A stretch of 18,611 bases of DNA, taken from NCBI GenBank assembly GCA_043228905.1, contig JBHGNT010000639.1:1-18611 (forward strand), given 5' to 3'. This DNA comes from Azolla caroliniana (Eukaryota > Plantae > Polypodiophyta). Positions 1 to 10,432 of the stretch are shown here, in pieces (within the stretch, counting starts at the first letter, position 1; each line of letters begins with the position of its first letter). The notes beneath the pieces are model-generated. The model was not told the origin of the DNA. It searched no databases and saw only the letters and a program-made list of their open reading frames with translations. The position numbers and the translations under genes were made by a program.

Positions 1-98
1 AATTGGGTTTCTTGAGTGTATAAGAACAAAATTTTCATTTAACTGTATAAACTATAATTAATCAATCGTCAATTAAACATGTGAATTGTGTCTTTCAG

Positions 99-3000
99 GG
101 TTCAAGATGGATGCAACAGCCCTTCTGCTGCTCTCGATGGAGGCTATTCAATACATCTACTGATGTAATAAGTTATGGGTCATCAAAGTTGGATTCAGAG
201 GAGAGTGGATTTGCACCATCAAGTGTGTCTGACAATAAGAAGTTTGTCGTTGTGGTTGAATCTGCGGTGAAAGCCAAGACTATTGAGAAGTATTTAGGGT
301 CTGATTTTATTGTTCTGCCTACTTATGGCCATGTTCGAGATTTAGCTGCAAGAGCAGGTTCTGTGAGACCCGATGATGAATATGCAATGGTGTGGGAGGT
401 TCCAGAAGCAGCTCAGCCCCACGTTGCAAAGATAAAGAATGCTCTTAAAGGGTATGTGGTTGTTTCTCTCTTGGTACTTTTGCTTTTGATTTGTTGACAA
501 AAGCTTTCCTTCGGTTCCTATGGTAATTTGCTATGTTGTTTTGAGTGTGATAATCAGCATTGGGAATTGCAGTTTGAATATGTGATAATTATGATTGGCC
601 ACTGTAGTTGGAATACGAAAATGGGCAATGTAGCTAGAACTTTTTTAGGTTTATCTTTCAATTAGTGTGCTGAATTTGATCATTGTTGTACCAAAAGGAC
701 TGGGCAATCGGGGTCAGTGTTGCTTGTTGCAGACCAAATGAACCTACAATCTGTGATGCTTTCTTGTTACTGTTTATCCACAACATCCTAGATTCTATTG
801 TAGGGCAATACATTTATAACATCTTGGATGGTTTTAGTGGGCATACCTGATGGCCTCGGAAGATCGGGAGCGTTTATCACAGAATGAGGAGTGTTCCTTT
901 TAAAGTCAAGAAGGAAAATTGTCAACATTATTCTCAGCTCTCAAGACGTTGAAACAATTCAAGCCATACAGAAACTCGAGTTTCCATCCTTGAGAAACTA
1001 ATGACCTTTAGTGTTGCCACACTCCTCATTAGACAAGTTAAGTATTAACACCATGCAAACAAATGTTGAGTTGGTTCTTGGATAACCAATCCAAATCAAG
1101 TGCTTCATTTTGGTGCCTTGGGTAAAGTTCAAGATTAATCTAGTCTGCAATTTTCCTTACTCATTTTCAATGCTCTCCTAAGTCAATAGAAAAATCTTCC
1201 TAGAAGGGCCATTATTTCATTCATTATGTTTCATAGCACTTCAAAACAGGGATGGCCTCGTATAGTTTTATCATTGAAGTTTCCAAAGTAAATCTACCAA
1301 AACAAGGCATAATAAACAACTGCCAAAGTTATCAACAACAACACATTGCCATTACCAATGTTCTCCATATCAACTCAACTACATTAGGTTAGAGGCATCA
1401 AACCTTGCATCTTCTGTATACTGAATCATCTTAGTTGAACTTTCGTGGGGGCAAAAAGGAGTCCCAAAAGGTTCATGTAGTCTGCACTCCTCTACGTTTG
1501 GATATTCCAACCACTTATTGTTATTGTAAAGAGGATTAATATAGGGTGGTTGTGAAGAAATTTTGGTTAAATTTTAACATCAGCACCCCCTGCTTTCTCT
1601 CTCGGAAAGACTAGATTGATACAGGCATTCCACGCGGTCATCTAATACAGTTAGATGAACCTAGTTTGCAGGTTGTAAAATTCAGCTTATTGCTAGTGTG
1701 TATCCTCAATGAGAGAGCACAGAGTTGAAATGAATGCAGGCCAATTGGTAAGGGTGTCCAGTAAATATTAGAATGCCATGCTAACTTAGTGCATGCAGTT
1801 AGTGATAAAAACATGGAGCCAAGGTCTCTTGGCCAGACTAGACTGATATAGACATTCCACGTGGTCATCTAATACAAATAGTGAAATTTGAACCTGGCTT
1901 ACAGGTGGTGAAATTCGGCTTATTGCTAGTGTGCATCCCCAATGAGAGAGAAGAGAGTTGAGATGGGTTCAGGCCAATTGGTAAGGGTTTCCAGCGAGTA
2001 CTAGAATGTCATGCTAACTTAGTGCAGTTAGTGATGAAAACATGGAATCCAGGTGTATGGACTAATAAAAACATGGCTTACTACTCTGGAACATGCGAGT
2101 ATTAGAATGTCATGCTAACTTAGTGCAGTTAGTGATGAAAACATGGAATCCAGGTGTATGGACTAATAAAAAGACTGCTTACGACTCTGGAACATCTCAA
2201 TAAAAAAAATGAAAAAAATAGATAGAGAGAGCCTGTTTGTTGATTTTATATTTTACATAATGTAATACAATGCCCTTTACTGTATATATATAGAGAAAGA
2301 GGACATCTTATGTAGGGCGAAATCTTTGGTGCTTGCATCGGATCCTGACAGAGAAGGTGAAGCAATTGCATGGCATGTGTCAGAGCTGATGAAGGCTGAG
2401 GGTCTTTTGAAGAGCAAGAAACTCAAGGTTTCAAGGGTGACATTCAATGAGATCACACGAACTTCTGTTCTGCAGGCCATGCAACTTCCAAGAGATATAT
2501 CGTTGACACTTGTGAATGCATACCTTGCACGGCGTGCTCTTGATCATCTGATAGGTTTTGCTCTTTCGCCTGTTCTATGGAGAAAGCTTCCTGGAAGCCG
2601 GTCAGCTGGTCGGGTACAATCTGCTGCACTTAGATTGGTATGTGAAAGAGAGAATGAAATCGAAGAGTTTACATCGCATGAATATTGGACGATGGAGGCT
2701 TTTGCTTGCTGTGAGGGGCAAATGGGGCTCTCCAACTTGTTTCGAATACGTCCTACTTATTATGACGGGAAAAAGATTGAACAATTTTCTCTATCTTCTG
2801 ATTCTGCCAAGCTGTTATCTGATCAGCTTATGGGTGCTAAACTCAAAGTTTCGAATGTGAAAAAGAGTATAAGAAGGAGAAATCCACTTCCACCTTACAT
2901 GACCTCAACACTTCAACAGGATGCACAAACCAAGTTGGGGTTTGGAGCTGTTCGGACAATGACTGTATGTGTTTTATTCCATTTATCACAAATACTTGAG

Positions 3001-6000
3001 CACCTTTTGACTGTTTTATCTGACATTTTACATCAATTCATTTAGAGTTTATATACCCTAGTAATTCTTTAATGGTTGTTAGGTGAACAGTTGGCCCAAA
3101 AGCTTTATGAGGGTGTCAAATTGGGCACCGAAGAGCTAACGGGATTGATAACTTACATGAGAACTGATGGGTTAGATGTATACATTTCGAAATCCTATTA
3201 CATGTCTACATTTGATTCCTTCATTGATTTGATTTGTTTATCTAGTCTTTACTGCTGATTTTGTACAAACAGCTATCAAAAGAGGCAGTGCAGAATGTCC
3301 GTGCTCTTATTGCTGAAAGGTACATAATTTCTGTGTCTTTTATCAGTTCTTTTTGGTCTACAAATACTTAAGGAATAATTAACGTAAATAAATGTGATAG
3401 TATATTCTTGTAGGTATGGAGACAAGTATGTCCCTGCAGAACCTAGGAAATTCACCTCAAAAGTGAAGAATGCCCAGGAGGCTCATGAAGCAATAAGGGC
3501 AACGGACATTTACCGATTTCCTTGTATGTATCATAACATGTAGCTTCTCCAAATAATCAGTGCAATTTCTATTCTTGGCTTGAAGATTCTAATGCTATAA
3601 TAAATAGCTTCTCCAAATAATCAGTGCTATTTCTATCTTTGGGTTGAAGACTTTAATGGTATTCTCAACCTATTTTCATTGTAGCAAGATTGATACATGT
3701 ATTGGAAAAAGATGCTCTGTCCTTATACACATTAATCTGGAGGCGTACAATGGCATGTCAAATGGAGCAGGCTGTGTATGATGAGGTCCTTACATTCTAC
3801 TTATACATATATGGATAATGAAAGAAAATCTTCTAGTTTTGGGTACAAAGGGCTTAAAAAACGGAATGATTCATTGACCAATTTCTTACAAAGAATTGGC
3901 ACAAAACTATATCTGATATATACATGTATGTGTGTGTGTGTATATATATATATACATACGCACATACATTTACATGCATACATACATACATATGTATGTA
4001 TGTATGTACGTATGCATGTATGCATGTATGTATGTATGTATGTATGTATGTATGTATGTATGGATGGATGTATGTATGTATGTATGTATTATATGATAAA
4101 TAGATAGAGATGCCAAAATTTGATATAGAAGTTTGTAATAAACAGGTTTTGGTAGACTTTATAACTGAAGATGAAGCTATATGTGCACGGGCCAGCAGCA
4201 GTTATGTTTCATTTTCTGGGTTTTTAGCAGTCATAGAGGTACACTTCCCCTCCTTCTGCGTGGATGTGTTTGTATTGAAATGTTGAGCCCTTTGTGGGTC
4301 TATTTAACTACATCTGTATGATGTAACTGATTATATGATGTCTATTTACCTGCACATCTGTCAATACACATGCATGGAAATGACCTATAAAATGTAGAAC
4401 TGATACAATCTGCAATTGAAGTGTTTTGCAAAAAAGCATTGGGTTGTCTCTTGTGACCTGTTTGGGTTTCTAGATTTCACTCAACTTGCAAAGCAATTTC
4501 TTTCTATTTTAAAGGTTTGGAAAAGGATTTTGGATCTTTGGACTAGTATAGTATCACTATGATAAGAAATTCGTGTGTTTGGTGATCTATTACTTTCCAA
4601 AGGCTGTTTTTGAATGTGATAAACACTTTCATATTTCACCTTTTGTAAACCTACACTAAAACTTAAAGATCGACCTTTAGAGCACTTATTTGATTGTTGT
4701 ATGCTAATTAACATTGATAAAATATCAGTAAAAGTATGTTTACAGTCGTTATCATTCCTCTTCATGTATGGTGTAAAAGATACCAGGAATGATGGCTTAT
4801 TCTAATCAGGGGTGCAGCATGTAGAAGATTCGACCATTCCTTACATTCCTTGCATGTGTTCAGATTGCATCCCGGAAATGATGACAACCACTAAATTATG
4901 CTGGTTGCTTTCTCATTGAAAGATGGATTTATATATTATTTGTGTTACTGCAGGATAAACAATGTACTCTGGATTCTGGAGATGAACAGATGGTGGAACA
5001 GGTTGGGGATGACGATGTCACAATCAATGAGGGCAATGATTTACCCTCATTTGAGGTAATATCTGATACCCAGTCTGTTAAACTTTCTGAAATATACCCT
5101 TTTAATTGAATTTCTTAATGTTAAGTTTCATTTATGAAAAAGGGTTTAGGGTAATTTCTGATACCCAAGCAGTTAAGATGATTTGAAATATACCCTTCTA
5201 AACTACACTTTCTTAATGTTGATTTTTCAATTTCAAGAAAGGGGATGCCATAGTGGTGAAAAAGGTTGACCCACAGCAGCATTTCACTCGCCCACCTCCG
5301 CGATATTCTGAAGGACTTTTGGTGAGTCATGAACAACTGATTGCTGTTTCCTTTTAGTTGTTAATGTACTGTTTTGAATAAAATTTGAAGTTGTTGCCAC
5401 AATATTTGCTATTAACTTATAGTTTCCTTGGCTAATTGCTAATCGATTTCTTATCTTTGTTCATACTATGCTCATTAAAGGTGAAGGCAATGGAGGAGCA
5501 TGGTATTGGAAGACCATCCACATACGCACCCACATTGCGAACATTACAGGTGCCTGACCATGTGCTAACAGTATAATATCTTTTTGTCCTGGCTTGATTG
5601 GACTTGAAACCATTCTATGAATTTGATTCGATCTCTTCTGTTTGCAGTCGAGAAAGTATGTCAAAATTGAGCATCATCGTATCATTCCAGAATTTCGTGG
5701 TCGGATGGTAAGAGAGCTGAAACTAACTGAATATCCAATCCCTAATGGCAATTTGAGCTGATTATGCATAAATATTGAATGCAGGTTATAGCTTTCCTTT
5801 CTCACTATTTCCCTAAATTTATAGATTATTCATTCACTGCAGATCTTGAAGAGCAGGTAATGTAATTTCTTGTACATCACATATTTTGAATCTCTCAAAA
5901 ATATTTTACTTTGATATGACATTAGTGTTCTAAATAAGGGATTGCGAAATCTGGAAGTAATACAATGAATATTATCTTTTTAGTTGGATGAAGTCTCTGG

Positions 6001-8532
6001 GGGAAATCTGGAGTGGAAGGAAGTTTTGACAGAATTTTGGCCTCCATTTCATGAGGATATTTCGACAGTGATGAAGATTCCAATTCAAACGGCAAGTGTC
6101 AATGTCTTTTTCATTTATGTTTTATAGAACTATATGAATGATATCATTTGTACTGGGTTTTTGGGCAGGTTGTTGAAATGATGCAGGAAACATTTGCTAC
6201 TCAATGGTTTAAAGGACTTGGAACTAATGGATGTGTTTGTCCAAAGTAATACTTTGTTGCATCTTTGTGCCAACTATTTATATGGCCATATATCAATTTG
6301 GATTTTTACTGGAGCTTTTTGTACTTCTAGTTGTGGATTGGGAAAGCTTACTCTCAAACTGAGTCGGTATGGATCAGGTTACTTTTTTGGTTGTGACAGT
6401 TATCCAGATTGCAGGTTTATATCTCATGCTGGGGACTATGTTATCAATGTTCAAGACTTTTATAAGAATGAAATGTCGAAATCTTGCTCTATTTATGTTG
6501 ATCTTCATCTTGATCAAATTTGAGTCATATATTTACCTATTAATCTTCATTCTTCGTTGTTTCTTTCAGCTTCAAAGCAGAGGTTCTTTCAACTGAGGAT
6601 ATTGACTCAACTGAAGATCAGAGGGACACTCAGATGATCTTCAAGCAAATTGAACATGTAGATATTTTTATTGGTTTAGATCCCAGTACAAACTTGGAGG
6701 TACGTGGGTGTAATGAGGTTTTCTTGGAAAAGGTTAAACATGAAGGATAAGATTAGTTGTAAGACATCAGAGTAGTTATTTGCAACAGTACCGACGAACA
6801 CATCTAATATAGGAGTTATGGGCTGAAAACTATATTTATCTTAGGGTATCTTCAGTTTGAGTTCTCATCTTGAGTATTACAGATGGTGATAAACTTGTCT
6901 TGATCTTTGACGTGCAGGTTCGTGCGAAAAAAGGACCATTTGGATATTACATACAGCTTGGACAAGATGGCAAGAGAAAGCAATTCTTCAAGATTCCTGT
7001 GGTATGATAGGTTGAATCTTGTGAAACATTTACATCGTATTCTTGAATAGTGAATCTTTTTTCCCCTAAGTTAAAGTTGTTCCTCCCTGTAAATGTGTTA
7101 TGCAGGGAGTTAATCCTGCTGAGATTACACTGGAAAATGCCATTCAATTAATGAAATATCCTTTGACACTGGTATGATGAAGTGAATTCAAGTATATTAT
7201 CTGGATTGATGTTAACACATTCTCTGGCTCTGAAGTGAATTCAAATATACGCTCACCTGGATTGAGTTGTATGCAGGGAAAGCACCCAGATGATGGAGAT
7301 GCAGTTGTTCTTGGCATCGGAAAAAAATCATATTTCATCAGACACCGTAGTGCTACAGTTCTTGTTCCAAAGGTATTTGGTTGTCATTTCATTTCGTTAC
7401 ACCACATATGAATAACAATTCTTTTCATTCTTCCAATATAGTAAAATGCTTTTACAGGATGAAAATATTGAAGAAATGAATTTAGAGAAAGCTGTGGAAC
7501 TGCTAAAGGGGAAGGATGTGAAACGAAGAGGTCGGAAGAGCCTGTTAGTGTTGGCAGCTGAAGAAAAGGAAAGGAAGCTTGCTCAACTTAAAAGGACTGC
7601 AAAATACTTGAAGCAGACGAATGTGGTGAAAGATAAATGTTCTGACATGTCTGATGAAAAAAATATGGCAAAAGCAAAAACTGCCATGAAGCCAGAAGCT
7701 GATACTGAAGGTTCTCTGCAGAAGGCAAAAGGTTAGATTGATAATGGTAGTATTTTAGGTCTTATTATTATTTTGATGCATTGATTATGTGTGGTTTGTG
7801 TATATCTGCATCCTATTCACAGGCACATCTAGAACATCAACAAGCCTGAAAGGTGTGAAAGTATTGAATTTGGAAGTAAATATGGAATCAGATGATATGA
7901 GATCAACACCTAAAAAGTTGAGGCCGAAAAAGGTGAAGGAACCAGATATCATAGATGCCGACAAGTCTTCAGAGATGATCGATTCAAACCCAAAGGCACA
8001 ATTAAAAAGAATTGTATCACAGGAAAATAAAACATCCGAATTAGAGTCATCTGGTGAAAGTCGGATAGAAGAGTCAAAGTCCAAAACACTGAAAAAATCA
8101 TCTAAGATGAAAAAAGCAGAGACTGAGTCAAATGAACATATTAAATCAGAGATACCGAAAAAATTAAGTGTGAAAAAATCAAAATCAGAGCGAGAGGAAG
8201 GTACTGGATTGGAGACACCGCAAGCATCATCAAGAGTGAAAAGGGAAAAGGTAGAGTCAGAGCAAAGTAGTATATCAGAGCCAAAAAAATTGTCAAGGGT
8301 GAAGAAGGAAAAAGCACATTCAGAGAAAACGGGTATATCAGAGACACCAAAAAAATCATCTAGGGTGAAAAAGGAAAAGGTAGAATCAGATGACAGTGGT
8401 ATATTAAAGACACTGGAAAATTCATCAAAGACTAAAAAGGAAAAAGTAGGATCAACAGAAATTTGTATATCAGAGACACCAAAGAAGTCAACGGTGAAAA
8501 AGGAAAGGAAGTCAGAGGAAAGTGATGCCTGA
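99..8532 (+). CDS. topA: Type IA DNA topoisomerase I (bacterial TopA-like, nuclear-encoded, probably organelle-targeted); 21 exons in window, about 1151 aa, 5' end possibly upstream
   Basis: Exons joined by hand with consistent phases: 99-451, 2316-2964, 3091-3177, 3273-3319, 3414-3523, 3685-3785, 4146-4238, 4954-5055, 5238-5321, 5481-5549, 5648-5707, 5785-5856, 5984-6091, 6169-6245, 6331-6414, 6570-6699, 6918-7001, 7106-7171, 7277-7372, 7458-7731, 7823-8532 (sum 3456 nt, no internal stops). Motifs: TOPRIM VVESAVKAKTI, YGHVRDL and ASDPDREGEAIAW; SAGRVQS; catalytic GLITYMRTD (Tyr codon 3154-3156); AQEAHEAIRAT; HFTRPPPRYSE; GIGRPSTY; C4 zinc ribbon CPNC...GCDSYPDC; C-terminal topo repeats KGPFGYYIQLG and ITLENAIQLMKYP. 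The first exon starts after tctttcag; an in-frame ATG is at 111. Confidence 0.95.
1609..2195. repeat. Nested tandem duplications in intron 1 (about 225-nt pair plus a 101-nt pair)
   Basis: About 1609-1824 resembles about 1836-2055 (shared cattccacg..gtcatctaataca, gcttattgctagtgtg, aggccaattggtaaggg). 1994-2094 and 2095-2195 are near-identical 101-nt units (gcgagta..ctctggaacat). Confidence 0.9.
3541..3663. repeat. 64-nt tandem duplication in intron 5
   Basis: tagcttctccaaataatcagtgc occurs at 3541 and 3605, and similarity continues through ttgaaga..taatg. Confidence 0.88.
3915..4090. repeat. Compound microsatellite (TA/TG/TACA/TATG) in intron 6
   Basis: Runs of (tg)n, (ta)n, (taca)n and (tatg)n are directly visible. 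Confidence 0.95.
5056..5243. repeat. About 95-nt diverged tandem duplication spanning the whole of intron 8
   Basis: gtaat(a/t)tctgataccca at 5056 and 5151. Both halves share tgaaatataccctt and tttcttaatgtt. Confidence 0.85.
7178..7268. repeat. 53-nt-period duplication in intron 18
   Basis: tgaagtgaattcaa..tata...ctggattga at 7178 and 7231. Confidence 0.75.
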
Positions 8533-8570
8533 GACACCCAAAAAACCATGAAATCAGAGGAAAGTGATGT
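8071..8570 (+). repeat. Coding minisatellite (about 60-66 nt, about 7 units) encoding ETPKKSSRVKKEKVES-like repeats
   Basis: Translated units: KTLKKSSKMKKAETES, EIPKKLSVKKSKSE, ETPQASSRVKREKVES, EPKKLSRVKKEKAHS, ETPKKSSRVKKEKVES, KTLENSSKTKKEKVGS, ETPKKSTVKKERKS. A partial unit continues past the stop. Confidence 0.9.
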
Positions 8571-9969
8571 GCTGGAGGCACTGAACAGAATATCAGGACA
8601 TAAAATGACCAAGGTGGAGGATAAGGTTGTACAATGATTTCAGAACCAGTGATTATTTAGAAATGTACTGAGAAAATCTCAACATGATCAAGATGATTCT
8701 GAGAGCCAACATTAGAAAATTCTTGAACCCAGAAAACCAGCAAAGAATTGTGTTGGTACCTTGTATAGAAAAAGCTAACCCCATTTTTGTAATACATAGG
8801 TTCTTTCGTTCCAGCACGGCATTCTTGCTAATACATTGAGGTTTATATATTCACAATCACAATACATTGCTGTGCTTTTGGATTTTAGGGAAATTTTCTA
8901 TTTACTTGGGTTATGAGAAGATTTAAGCAAATTGTTTAAAACTCCTAACATATATCTAGAAGAGTACTACCACATGCCCCGAAGAATATGAGAAACGTAA
9001 CAGTGGTGGGCATCTGTGCGAATTGTTGATGCTAGAATATAGTAGCAGCAAGACGTTTTGTATATGTTATGCTTTGTTTTGCTTATATTTCAAACTGATG
9101 GAAGAAGTCCAATGTTTTCTTTGTCAAGTAGAGAATTTGTCATGTGCCATCCTGTATTATCAGTCTTGATACTAGGTTGGATTATCAGTGGCTGAATTCT
9201 CTATATGGGTGGAAGAATGCAGTGTTAATCATTATCTTGAAGTTATGCCATCTAGGTTGATGACAAAATTTGAACTGATACTAGAGATTGCCAATTTGCA
9301 ATCAAATGGCACCTTGGTTGAGATTAACATCGAGGCCCAATGATGGTCCTAGAGGAGGACGTCCAACCGGGTGTAACTGTGCAAGTATCAAATTGTTGCT
9401 TGAATGGCAGGATCTAGAATGTTAATGTAGTTTTGAGCAAAAATCTTCATGACCCTTAGCATATGTTTTTAAGAAAGAGTGATGGTTAAAAAGTTGTACA
9501 TATGTAGCTAGGTATATATACTAGTTTGCATAAGATTTTGCTCCAATTTATCAATAAAACCCAAACAAGTGTGTGAGAAGGGGAGTGTGGACAAGCTAAA
9601 AAATCTAGGGAAGTAGAGCCACATGGCGATTGTAAAATCAATCGTATGGCTTTTCTTCAGCTTTGATTTGATTGATATCCTCTTAGCTCCACATCCTTCT
9701 TCTCGTAGACCTTTTTTGCAATATATTTTTCTAAATCACAATTATAACCCTTTTCATCAACAACTTCATAGTCCACTCCTTCCATGCTTTTGTCACTAGC
9801 CTATGTGGTTAAGTGCACAATAAAGGCTTAAACACTAACCACGAGGGCAAGGGGCCCTTGTACTCCAAAACCATGGAAAGCAATAAAGCACAAAAGGGGT
9901 AAATGATGTTGAAACTAACTCTAATATTAATAAAAGCTAACATTTTAGGTAGCATTATCTTAAAAAGAC

Positions 9970-9995
9970 GTGATTGTTACAATTGTAACAATCAC
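9970..9995. repeat. Perfect 26-bp palindrome
   Basis: gtgattgttacaattgtaacaatcac equals its own reverse complement. Confidence 0.95.
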
Positions 9996-10432
9996 ATTTC
10001 AAATGCATTTAAAGGCTAGAGCAACACATATTTCTGTATGAGTACATCTAAGCACATATGCACAAGTTCATAGTTTAATTCCAATATCCATCTAGTACCT
10101 TCTTACATGTGTCATCATCTCCATTGAAGTTATAATCACTACATTGTATCACAACAGAGTTTCGATAAAAACTTGAGCACTATCCTCTTTAGCTAAATAT
10201 CTTTGAACCTCTAGTCGTAATCCAATCAATATGACTACATCTACCAAGAAATATGTATTGGAGAATTCAGGTGTGCTCAAAGAGAAATTTGATGTGTGTA
10301 TCTTGAAATTCATGTGTGCATGAAGAGAATTTCAATGTTATCTTGAAATTTCAATGTGTCCCCCCGTACAAAACACTATAACAAATCTATTTTCAAGTTT
10401 GGTTATTTATTCATTGCGTTTGACATTTAAGA

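Noticed and set aside
830-1600. Possible decayed gypsy protease region on the minus strand of intron 1 (LDLDWLSKNQLNIC, like LGMDWL)
   Set aside because: Only one short motif, with no D(S/T)G active site or LTR found, so it cannot be supported without a search.
2030-2195. Box C-like GTGATGA in the intron 1 repeats (snoRNA cluster?)
   Set aside because: No matching CTGA box D or terminal stem; explained by tandem duplication.
3778-4107. ORFs of 109 aa (+) and 74 aa (-)
   Set aside because: They are translations of the intronic microsatellite.
7174-7233. ATGATGA...CTGA pair resembling a C/D snoRNA in intron 18
   Set aside because: It overlaps the donor site, has no terminal stem or recognisable rRNA guide, and both motifs coincide with the local duplication.
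7785-8612. 275-aa minus-strand ORF
   Set aside because: Antisense shadow of the low-complexity K/S/E exon (F/S/D-rich, no domain).
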